This document shows positions 1-10,757 of a DNA stretch of 54,433 nt, piece after piece. Location of the stretch: assembly GCA_054600435.1 (NCBI GenBank), contig BAAIJX010000090.1, positions 1 through 54,433 of the forward strand. The letters are read 5' to 3'. The notes under the pieces are model-generated. The model saw nothing but the letters and a program-made list of their open reading frames with translations, ran no database searches and was not told the DNA's origin. Numbering within the stretch: the first letter of the stretch is position 1; each line of letters starts with the position of its first letter. Both the position numbers and the translations under genes were made by a program. This DNA is from Neophaeotheca triangularis (taxonomy: Eukaryota).

Positions 1-488
1 GGGGGGGAAGGTGCTGATGGCTTACTTTTTGATATTGCATGGTAAATCCGATCATTTTCAGCGACTCTTGCCTGCTCGGCTTAGGAAGGAAGTCTCGGCG
101 TCGCGAGGATCTTGCTTCTTTTAGCCTGCGAGAAAAGTTGGTTTCGTGGGATAGCTTGTTGCCCTATTCAGTCAGTGCGAAGGAAGACGAAGGAAGATAA
201 CCTTGGAAGATGGTATGGGTCCACGGGTGGATTTGAAGGACATGGTGAGGACGCTTGATTAGACCAGAAACTCGTTCCACTCACCTCGAGTCTTTTCGCT
301 CGGAATGTGATCTGCATCATCTTAACGCCCTTGTTTTGGGGTAGACTCAGCTCTCAACGCTCTCGCTCGTAACGCATCTTCACTTCGTCTCAGCATACGA
401 TCTCTCCTCTCAACGACGACGCCTCTCTTCACCTCTCTCCGTACCTTTTACCTTCCCTTCCTAAATCACATCCCTTCTAAAACCACAT

Positions 489-1929
489 CTAAGCCCCATT
501 CCCATTCCCATTGACAGCCCCAGCCTCCTCCCCATTCTCCACCTTAGGCATCTCCACCTTCCCGCCAGGACTATCCGCCAATCTCTCAGTCAAAACCTCA
601 ACCCCGTCCTCGGTGACCAAAAGCGTATGCTCAAACTGCGCAGTCCTCTTCCCATCACTAGTAACACTGGTCCAATCATCCGGCCAAGTCTTATCGCGAT
701 AACTGCCCAACGTAATCATAGGCTCAATGGTAAAGCACATGCCCGGTTTCGCCTCCCCAACCGCCTTGTTCTTCGCATAATGCGGCACATTAGGCGCGCA
801 GTGGAAAAGTTGGTTGACGCCGTGGCCGCAATAGGTCTTGACGACCTGGCAGCCGGCGGCTTTGGCGACGCGCTCGATGGTGTTGCCGTAGTCGCGGAAT
901 AGGGCGCCGGGTTTGACCAGTTTGATGGATTCGCTGAGGCAGTCGCGTGCGGCTTCGACTACGCGGACGTTGTCGGGGTTTTGTGCCGCCGAGGGACCAA
1001 CGTAGAAGGTTTCGTTTAGATCGCTGTGGAAGCCGCCGTGGTAGAGGGAGATGTCAATGTTGAGGATGTCGCCGTCTTTGAGGGGGCGTGCGTCGGGGAT
1101 GCCGTGGCAGATTACTTCGTTGACGGAGGTGCAGACGGATTTGGGGAAGTTGCAGTAGTTGAGGGGGGAGGGGTAGGCCTAGGTAGGATGGCATTGGTTA
1201 GATCTTCGCTCGAGACGGGGTGTGCTGAGGCTTGCTTACGTCTCTTTCTATGCAGGCTTCGTGCACGATTCTGTCGATTTCGTCGGTGGTGACGCCAGGT
1301 TTGCTGGCTCTGCCAGCTATGTCGAGGACTTCGCGACCCAGACGGCAAACTTTGCGCATGGCGTCTTGCTCTTCTTTGGTGAGGATGGTGATTTTGTTGC
1401 GTCGGACGTAGGTCTGGAGACAGAATCAGTACGTCTTCCTTGACATACGAATAGATGGCGAGGATTTACCTGCTCGCTCTTGGGAACACCCGTAGCATGA
1501 TAATCGGGCTTCCGTACACTATCCGGCACCGCTCGCCTCGGACTCAGCGGGTAGGAGGGTCTCAGGGGTCCGGTGAAGGGGTAGGAAGGGAAAGGGTTGT
1601 AATGACCATCTGCGTCTGGTAAGGAGACGACCGAGGGCGTGAAGAGGTTGGAGAGCATACTGTTTTGCGCCTTGTGGATGGTTTTATGCGTACTCTGCGG
1701 GAGGAACAGTAGAGGTTAGCCTTGCATGTTTTTCGTTACCACCTCGTTATCTCTTCGACTACTGACCTACCCAGTTTCGTTTGAAACAGTCTTGACTGCA
1801 GAAGAAGGCTTCCTTGCCCAGCTTCTGACATGTCGGACATTGTAGGCTGCCGGCGTCGTTTCCGCAGTCCTTGCCTTCACATTGTCGTGCCTTGTCGACG
1901 ACGACTTCTTTGGCGGGTGCTTGGTCCAT
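489..1929 (-). CDS. MAP1: Methionine aminopeptidase 1 (N-terminal C6H2 zinc finger); 4 exons approx. 1929-1771, 1694-1470, 1413-1240, 1178-489
   Basis: Zinc finger [27 protein letters not shown]24A motifs [42 protein letters not shown] introns keep the frame. Confidence 0.96.
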
Positions 1930-2115
1930 AAGTGCGGAGGTATGCGTATGGAGGAGGGTATGGTGCAAGAGGGGGTGGGTGGTAGGCAGTAGTATTAAAG
2001 GAACATGTCTTTGATAGGGCGTGCACAGGACGAAGTCGAAGTCGAAGTCCTGAACAAAGTCGGCACGCGACAGCAGAAAGATCCGAGAGATAAATTGAGA
2101 GAGTTCGGTCAATAA

Positions 2116-2130
2116 GATAAGATAAGATTG
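2116..2130. promoter_or_regulatory. Tandem GATAA (GATA-factor-like) motifs in the MAP1/BNA4 divergent promoter
   Basis: GATAAGATAAGATTG at 2116-2130 plus GATAAA near 2089. Confidence 0.35.
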
Positions 2131-2335
2131 CTAATCTCATCCGATCTCGCCTTCCCTTAGATGACGGTCTCGACTTTTTTGCTTGGGTGCTTGCCTCAGC
2201 CCATGACATTTTCATTAGACGAACAAGGGAAGCCAGTGCTCAAGTTTTGACTGACAGATACTACTACCATGTCTCATCCTACACCTTTTTTCTCACCTCT
2301 TCTCCGCGCACAACTACCTACCTCAGGTATTGATC

Positions 2336-4014
2336 ATGGCTGAAGACAGCAAGGTCAAATGTGTCATTGTAGGCGCCGGCCCAGTCGGGGCTCTATCCGC
2401 GCTGTATGCCGCCAAGAGGGGATGGGATGTTGAGGTGTATGAGTTGCGAGGGGGTAAGTATGCCACCATCAACCATCTTCGCAACATACGAAACAGTACT
2501 AATGCTTCCCTTCAGACCTCAGAGATGCCTCGACAACGCCACTCAACTTCACCAAATCCATCAATCTGGCCCTATCAATTCGAGGCATCGAAGCAATGAA
2601 AAACTCCGGGTCCACCAAACTCCTCGACGCAGTCATGTCCGAGACTGTCCCCATGTACGGCCGTATGATTCACGGGCAGGACTCTTCGGGCCAACTCACG
2701 GAGCAAAGTCAGCAATACGACGTCCACGGCCGTTTCAACAGCGCCGTCGACCGTGGCAATCTAAACAAAATCATGCTCGACGAACTGTCTGACCTTCCAA
2801 ATGTCAAACTCCACTTCCACCACCGACTAGCAAGCATCGACTTTGACAAGCGAAAAGCCTGGTTCGAGCAGAAGAAGTCTCAAACTCCGCAAACCGCAGA
2901 CGGCGCCCAATCCCTCAACACGCAAAAGCCCAAAGACCGCCAAACGGAAATAGAAGTTGACTTTGACCTCATCCTTGGCTGTGATGGCGCTCACTCCGCG
3001 GTTCGTTTCCACATGATGAAGTTTGTTCGCATGAATTACGAACAAAGCTACATCGATACCTTGTGGTGCGAATTCACCATCCCACCACTGCCCACACGCT
3101 CCGAAGCCGAAAAGAACCTTACCTCCCCTCCTCGCACCACGACCCCCAGCGCACACTCCGGTTTCGCAACCTCCCCCAACCACCTGCACATCTGGCCTTC
3201 CTCCATTAGCGATGCAATGTTCATCGCCATCCCATCCATTGACAAATCCTTCACTTGCACTCTCTTCGCCTCAGCCTCAACCTTCGCCCACCTCAGAACC
3301 ACGCAGCAAACCTCGCCCACGGCCCTCGCAGACTTCTTCACCGCAAACTTCCCCGGCGCTCTCGATCTCCTCGGCGGGCCCTCCATCATCCAGCACCAAT
3401 TCAACACGAACCCCCACCTGCCATTGATCAGCATCAAATGCTCCCCGCACATCCACACGTCGAGCGGTGCCATCCTCGGCGACGCCGCCCACGCCATGGT
3501 CCCCTTCTACGGCCAAGGCATGAACGCAGGCCTTGAAGACGTGCAGAAACTCTTCGCGCACTTGCCTCTCTACCCTTCAAGCCCTGCAGATCGCGAAAAA
3601 GCGCTGCAAGCTTACAACTCCGAGCGCGTCCCGGATGCCCATACTATCAATGATCTCGCTCTCAACAACTACTGGGAAATGCACTCTGGCACGACGTCCC
3701 CTCTGCGTCTCGCTCGCAAGCGCTTAGAGGAAACCCTCTCCTCCCGCCTCCTCAACCCTTTTACAGGTTTCGCTACAGAGTACGAACGCGTCTCTTTTAG
3801 TTGTCAGCGCTACAGCGAACTCGTGCACGCTACCAGACGACAGAGCTGGTTGCTGCTCAGTGGAGTTTTAGGAACTGTGCTTCTGCCGGTTTTGGGCTGG
3901 GGCGCCTGGTGGGTTTGGCGATTGCGGAGGGTCAGCGACACGGGTGGTTGGATCAGCAGGGGGATTGTGGGCTTGGGATCGCTTGGGGAGAGGGTTGGCA
4001 GGGCTTTTGCTTGA
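2336..4014 (+). CDS. BNA4: Kynurenine 3-monooxygenase (FAD-dependent, C-terminal membrane anchor); intron 2454-2515
   Basis: GAGPVG FAD motif, [50 protein letters not shown], hydrophobic C-terminus. Confidence 0.96.
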
Positions 4015-5894
4015 GTGGGGCTTGCTGCGTGGTGTTCGGGGGGTTGGGGATGGGCTTGCTGTGGTTGTAGTACCAGTACTGGGAGGGATGGTTCCAAGTT
4101 CGCCGACTAGACCGCAAGCGCGAACTGTTGAGCAGAGTTTCTCACGCAAAGCTTTGAGGTTTTTTAATTCGCAAAGGCGAGGCGAGGGAGGCATGTACGT
4201 AGCTTTATCTGTACATTAGAACAAATATTTAGAAAGAACTGGACATCACAGTCGCGCAGGTCGAAGCAAGCCCCCCTCCCCCCCTTCCCCCACCTATCCT
4301 ACTATCCTAGGCGCCCTCCAGTTTTCCTCGCTTGACAGGTCAGGCCAGGTGAAGTAAGCACCCACGCACTTCCATCTCTACCCTTAGCCCTTCCTCCCAA
4401 CCAGCTCTGCTAGACAAGATGCGTCGACAAGCCAACAACCCTTCCATCCTCGAGCCGTACTCGCCAATGGCAGGTACCTACCGCCACCACACAACCCACT
4501 CACTCGCAACAACCCATTCGTCCAGAAATAGACAGCAGCTACTCCCGGATCCGTCTCTACCGCGCCCCCTTTCCCTCTTCGCTCGCACCGCCGAGCCGGT
4601 CCCCACTTATTCATACTTACTCCTGCTATACGCCGCGCTATGATTTTCTTCGCGGCTCGCGCTCTTAGACACCGCTCCGACTCCGGTCCGGACCTAGTCG
4701 ACTCATGCCGGGCTCCTGTGGGCTTTGACTTGGTATTCGTCGACACTGGAAAGATAAGTGATGTTATACGTATAATTAGCTCGAGTCGGGAAAAATCGAT
4801 TTCCAAAGTCAATTCGTTTCAATCTAGTTCGCTCGCTTCTTTACTTGGGCTAAAGCAGGGTCCTAGTCGCTTCAGCTGCCATCGAGATCTGCGCGTGTAG
4901 AGAGCGAGCGGGACTGGGAATCCTGACTGCCCCCACGCGCTTTGGGAACCTCCACCGCAGCATGTGACTCAGGTACCGGCGCCAACAGTCTCGAATCCAA
5001 AGCTCTCGAAACATGAAGAGGAGAGAGAAAGCCCTCCGTGATCCCCTCCCCTATCTTCTAGTCAGCCAACCAGCTAAATCCAGCTGAGAACCCGGTGCTT
5101 TGCTTCAAATGACACACTGTGGGGGTTTTGGGAAATACGTTTGGCCCGCTAGAGAGGTGAGAGCTTGATTACGAGTGCAGATTGCATGCAAGACTTGTCG
5201 GCACTAGCATTGCTTCCCGGTCTCGGGTCTTGATCTAGTCGTTTCCGGCACGTTCTTGAGACGGAGATGGGGGACGATCGTGTCCCGGGCGGCTTCCGCG
5301 TCTAGTGAGGTCTTGTGGGAATCTCTGGGGAGGCATGATAGGGAGTATGCGCGCCGAGTCCGCAGCTGCAGAGCGCTTCAAGTGAATCACTTCTGGAAGA
5401 TAGACGGTCCATGTAGGTTGTGGTAGTCGAGCCAACAGCTCGCATAAGTGACCCCGTCAGAGAGCGCGGTAGGAATGGGGTTGAACTCTTCTGTGGGAAA
5501 ACAGCAAAGACTGGACTGTAAGGAATGTCCCGAGAAAAATTGTTGATATCTGGGTGGCAACGGGCGGGATTGGGTTGGCGCTGTGATCTAAGCTGGAATG
5601 ATGCTGGGTTGAGCTTCCAGTGCTAAATCGACGGCGTTGTAGCTAGCAGGATTCTCGGTGACTCGGAAAGGGCCAAGCGGCAATTAGGAAGACTTGGTCG
5701 AAATTGTCGAGAGTGGCGAGTTAAAAATTTCGTATGCCTCGGTTGGTATGTCTCAACCCAGTTCGCGGTGCCGGAATTCTCGGAAGAATCTTCGCAAAGA
5801 GGGCGGAAGGTAATCAACCGCTGTCGAGGGAAAGGCAATTCAGGACCTCAATATCGAGCTCAAGAAAGGATACCAGCGTTCAGGTCTCGCTAGC

Positions 5895-6540
5895 TCATCG
5901 AATTGGTGTCACAGGCCCTCCAGCAGGTGTCGCAGCAGGCCCGTGGCTTCGAGTGTTGGCGGCAGGAGTGCTGGGGTCAAGTCGCGGTGTTCCCATCATG
6001 GCAGGCGTAGGCGGCGCGGCTGAGACTGGCCGGGCTTGAGTTTGGGCGACTTTCTCTTTAAATACTGTGGGGAGTTTGTGTTAGCAAAGACGGTAGTTGT
6101 GGGGAGGACATGGCGGGTTTGGGGGTTGGGGAGCTTAGCGGCGGATGCGGAGAGGAGAGAAAGAACTGTAATTTACCTTGACGGCACATAGGACATTTGC
6201 CTTGACTTGCTTCGGATTGGATCCAGTCGGTGATGCAGTGCTGGCGGGTGGTGTTAGTGGACTGTGGAGAAATCGAGGAAGGGCGGGTTTGTTGTCTTAC
6301 CATGTGAAAGCAGTGAGTACAGGCGCCGATGACTGTAGAGGGAGAAGATGTTAGCAGTCTCAGAAGAGTAGTATGAAAGGGAGTATACTAACTGATGGGA
6401 CAATCGTCACCGGGGTATTTGCATTTGGAACATGTCCCTTCAAACTGTACCCGGCAGATACCACATGTATCGTCCGACTCTTCGGGTAGATCCCACTTCC
6501 ACTCAGCGACGGCTTTGACGTGCTTGATGGTGACTTTCAT
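5895..6540 (-). CDS. APC11: Anaphase-promoting complex subunit 11 (RING-H2); 4 exons approx. 6540-6393, 6332-6301, 6240-6177, 6064-5895
   Basis: [58 protein letters not shown] reconstructed across canonical introns. Confidence 0.95.
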
Positions 6541-6864
6541 TACGGTCTTGGCTAGTGGTATCGTTGTATATGCGGGATAGTAGGTAGGTGGGATGTAGTA
6601 GGTGGATGTAGCAAGTGAAAGTGAATGTTTATCTCGGACCCTGATTCGACGCAACTGCCCCACAGCGGCAGCAACCGGTCTACGGCACGGGTGTTTCGAA
6701 GCTTAAGCAGACAGCTCCCGAAGTAGATAAGATAAGCCGGAGCTATCGTAGCTTCGCAGTCGCAACAATCGACAAAAGAAACAACATCGCCCGCGCGCCC
6801 GCCGTTTGTTATCAGCTGCACGCGCCTCGTTTGACGTCGCCGACGATGATCTGTCTGAGCATCC

Positions 6865-6900
6865 TTCTCCTCTCCTCTCCTCTCCTCTCCTCTTCTCTCC
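6865..6900. repeat. (CTCCT)n pyrimidine microsatellite
   Basis: ttctcctctcctctcctctcctctcctcttctctcc upstream of the sulfurtransferase. Confidence 0.85.
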
Positions 6901-7025
6901 TTTTCCCTGATAGACACACATAAATATACCTACTGGCCAAGTACACAACAACTCCCTCCTCCCTCTTCCCTACTCCTCCCCACCCCCATTGACAAACACA
7001 GTCTAGCTTAAACCTATTCTCCACA

Positions 7026-8084
7026 ATGGCAACGTCCCTCCTCTTCCGCCGCCCTCTGGCGACCTCGTCTCGTTACTTGCAAACCAACATCACCACCCCC
7101 ATCGTCCTTCGCAAACCAGCCATGTCTCGCGCCCAACACACCCTCTCCAGCTACCTGGTTCCGCCCTCCTCCCTCGCCGCCGCCCTCAAAGCCAACCCAC
7201 CCCCTAATAACCATGTCTCAACCTCGCCTCGTACCATCCCCCTTTGCGGCAGCTGGTTCCTCCCCAACGACCCTCAAAAACGCACCGGCATCTCAGCCTT
7301 CAAAAGCTCGCGAATCCCTACTGCGCGCTTCTTCGACCTTGACAAAATTGCCGAAACTTCCTCCCCATACCCTCACATGCTACCCACCCCCGGCACCTTC
7401 GCGACCGCCATGTCTGCGCTCGGAATCCGGCGTGACGACGTCCTAGTCGTCTACGACACACCCGACTTGGGCATCTTCTCCGCGCCCCGCGTGGCCTGGA
7501 CGCTGCGACTCATGGGCCACCCCGCGGTGCACATCCTCAACAACTACAAGCTTTGGTGCGAGCAATCCTACCCCACCGAATCCGGGGAACCCCTTCCTTC
7601 CCACGAAACCACCACCTATCCCGTCCCAGACTCGGTCGATATGTCCCGCTATGCGACTTTCGAAGCCGTCAAAGAGCTAGCCCAGGACAGCAACAAAGAG
7701 GGGCACACGCCGTTTCAAATCGTCGACGCGAGATCTGCAGGTCGTTTCAGCGGTGCCGATCCTGAACCTAGGCCTGGTCTCAGTTCTGGACATATTCCTG
7801 GTAGCATTAATGTCCCACTGCCGGAGTTGCTTGATCCAGAGACGAAAGCTTTCAAGTCGAAAGACGAGTTGCGGAAAGTTTTCGAGAGCAAGGGGTTTGT
7901 CGATAGTTTGCCGACGGTTACGAGCTGCGGAACTGGCGTCATGGCTGCGGCACTCGAGGCTGCGGTGCTAGAGGCTGGGTATGGCATTGCGGAGGATGAG
8001 GGCGGGTTGAGGGTTTACGATGGCAGTTGGACGGAGTGGGCACAGCGGGTGGGACCAACAGAGGGGCTGATTGTGAAGGATTAG
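7026..8084 (+). CDS. TUM1: Tandem-rhodanese thiosulfate/3-mercaptopyruvate sulfurtransferase, probable mitochondrial presequence
   Basis: RIPTARFFDLD, PHMLP, DARSAGRF, SGHIPGS, catalytic loop SCGTGV, VYDGSWTEW; Arg/Ser-rich N-terminus lacking acidic residues. Confidence 0.92.
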   Translation: MATSLLFRRPLATSSRYLQTNITTPIVLRKPAMSRAQHTLSSYLVPPSSLAAALKANPPPNNHVSTSPRTIPLCGSWFLPNDPQKRTGISAFKSSRIPTARFFDLDKIAETSSPYPHMLPTPGTFATAMSALGIRRDDVLVVYDTPDLGIFSAPRVAWTLRLMGHPAVHILNNYKLWCEQSYPTESGEPLPSHETTTYPVPDSVDMSRYATFEAVKELAQDSNKEGHTPFQIVDARSAGRFSGADPEPRPGLSSGHIPGSINVPLPELLDPETKAFKSKDELRKVFESKGFVDSLPTVTSCGTGVMAAALEAAVLEAGYGIAEDEGGLRVYDGSWTEWAQRVGPTEGLIVKD

Positions 8085-8732
8085 GATGGATCGTACGATA
8101 AAAGGAGGGCGGTTGGGCACACAAAGGTCATGTAACGTGGCCAATCGAACGCCACCATCGTTATCCATGGCTTTTGCCAGTAACTTCCATCCGTTCGACT
8201 TCCGACCGGAACCAATGCCCTTGCGACTTTTCTACTCCGCTAAGTGGGATCGCTGAGCAAGTAATGGGCGACCCTGTGGAGGCGTCTGTGCGGTCTGGAT
8301 CGAGACTTTGCACCATCTATTCTAGCGGACCAAGCGATTGTACTTTTAATCTTATTCTCATTCTGCTGGCGAGCTGGTGGTGTTGACTACGGTGTAGTTG
8401 CTCTCGTTTTTGCTTTCGCTGGTGACGGGCTTCTGGTAGCATTTTGTTTGCGACGGTTTGCTGGAGGATTTGAAGGGTTGGCCGAAAGCTCAGTGGGAAT
8501 TAAAAACCTAGGTTGATATGGACCGCATTCCCAATGCATCTCGGGTATCCCACAGCGTATGGGTAACACCAGTCTCTCCGTCTAGTATGTGTGGTCTGGC
8601 TACACTCAAAGCAGAAGACGAGGAAGTACAAACAAGAGTCATTTGCAAAAAAACTGGCGATAAAGCACATCAGCCCTGTAAATCCTCCGACTCCACCATT
8701 TCCCCAACAGGCTCCCACCCACCCCGCCTCGC

Positions 8733-10082
8733 TCACTCCGCAAGCGGCACCTCCTCAAAGTCCCTCCGCATAAACTTCCTCGCCTCCTCCAACCCCTCCT
8801 TAACCACCTCGGTCCGATTCACAAACCCAATCCTCACATACCCTTTCCACTCATCCCCAAACCCCCTATCGCCCGGCAAAAACATCACCCCCGTCTTCTC
8901 CATCAACCGCTTGCAAAACTCCACAGCATCAACCGGCTTGCCATCGAGCGAAAACTTGACAAAAGCCGTCGTGCCCGCGACCGGCGGCGTCCAGGAGCAA
9001 AACTCGTCATGTTTGACCACCCACCGAGACAGGAGCTCGAGGTTCGTTTTCGCGAGCGCAATGTTGCGGCCTAGCAGCGCGTGGACGGTGGAAGGAGCGA
9101 GAGCGTGCGACGCGACGGCTTGGTCGAGCCGACTGACGGAAATGGTCGTGTAGTCGCGTGCCGACGCGGCCTTTTCCACTAGCTCCGCTGACCGCGTGGC
9201 TATCCAGCCTACGCGGATGCCGGCGAGGGAGTAGGCTTTGCTTAGACTGCCCGTGGCGATTGTGTTGCGGTAGCCTAGGGAGAGGATTGAGGGCGGGAAG
9301 GCTGGGGAAATGGGCGAGATGGAGTGGAAGAGGGGCCGGTAGACTTCGTCGCTGTGGATCACGAGGTCGTTGGGGTGGCTTTCGGCTAGGGAGATTATTT
9401 TTTGGAGAAGGGGTTTGGGGAGGATGGCGCCGGTGGGGTTTTGTGGGTTGCTTTGGTTTTGGGTGTTAGCTTGGGTTTTGTTTTTTCTTTTGTGAGGTAG
9501 TCGTGGTCGTAGACATACTTGAGGATCAAAAGTTTGGTGGTAGGCCTGATGAGCGCTTCGAGCTCGGCAAAGTCTGGGATCCAGTCGTTCTCGGGCTTAC
9601 ATTTCCAGAAATCAACTTCGGCGCCCAGGCTCTGGGGGATCGAGTAGAGTGATTGGTAGGTAGGGTATTGACAGACGACATGATCGCCGGGTTTGAGCAG
9701 CGCGTAAGCTACGAGGTGGTTTGCGGCGATGGCTCCAGGGGTGATTAGGATGTTTTCCGGGGAGAGCGGCGTGCCGGTCTTGCTTGAGTAAAGGCGGCTC
9801 AGGTTCTCGCGTAGTGGCGTGCTACCCCTGATCTCTCCGTAGGTTTGGATAGCGGAGGTGTCGATGAGATCGCTCGGCTTGGTGTCTTTGTCCTCGGATA
9901 GCTCGCAAAGCTCGTTGATTGAAATGCTAGCCGCGCAGGTCTCGGCTAAGTTGAATTTGCATTTAGTTTCGTATTCGTCCATCCACTTTGGGGCAGGGTG
10001 TTAGTTATGCATAATAGTGCTCATGCTCTTCTGATCATGAGACACTTACTTGCTCAACAGCAAATGGAGGGGGTGGCGCCAT
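8733..10082 (-). CDS. PLP-dependent class I/II aminotransferase (capreomycidine synthase/VioD-like subfamily); 3 exons approx. 10082-10050, 9985-9519, 9450-8733
   Basis: Spliced MAPPPPFAVEQ-WMDEYET..NLAETC; YPTYQSL; NNPQNPTGA; SDEVYR; PLP lysine motif GSLSKAYSLAGIRVGW; YVRIGF. Confidence 0.9.
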
Positions 10083-10757
10083 CCTGTTTCTCTTTTGACT
10101 TTCTTTTTCTTTTTGGTTTGAAGATATCCTCAAGTGTGGGAAAGGAGCGGACGTGATGAAATGGAAGGACAGGTTGAGACGATGACGATGGAAAGCTCGG
10201 GACCTCAATGCGTGCGTTTATGAACGTCGCTTTCGTCAACTTACGAGTCTTTCTACGGTGGCAGGTTCAAGTTGACCGTTGCATCAACGATTCGACGTTG
10301 TTGTGAGGAGGATTGGAATAGATTGGGAGGTGTCGTTGAAAATATAACTGGTTGTCCGAACCCATGTTGTGCGGTTATTAGTCAGCATCTCTATACCTCG
10401 GTCCGTCTTGCCGCGAGGACGGAAGTAATCGCTCCGGGGGGAGCTTGAGCTCGTCTCGTCTTGTCCTGGTCTGGTTTGAGGTTGTTGCTCTCCACGTTTC
10501 CCCGCCACACGCCGGCTCATCGTGCGAACAGAGCAGAAGCTCAGAACAGACGAAACATGATCCCTGTACCTTATCGACTCGACCATTAGACGACACCGCC
10601 ACTGTTCCTCTCCGTCCTTCTTCTCTATCTCTTCTCTGCCTCTCCAAATGTCGTTGTCGCTGGTCCCCGTCTCCTAGACAGTCCTCACACACCGCTTCAC
10701 CTCTCCTCCACCCTCTCACTGTCCCTATCGCGCTCAAGCTTCACGCCCCCGTCGAGG

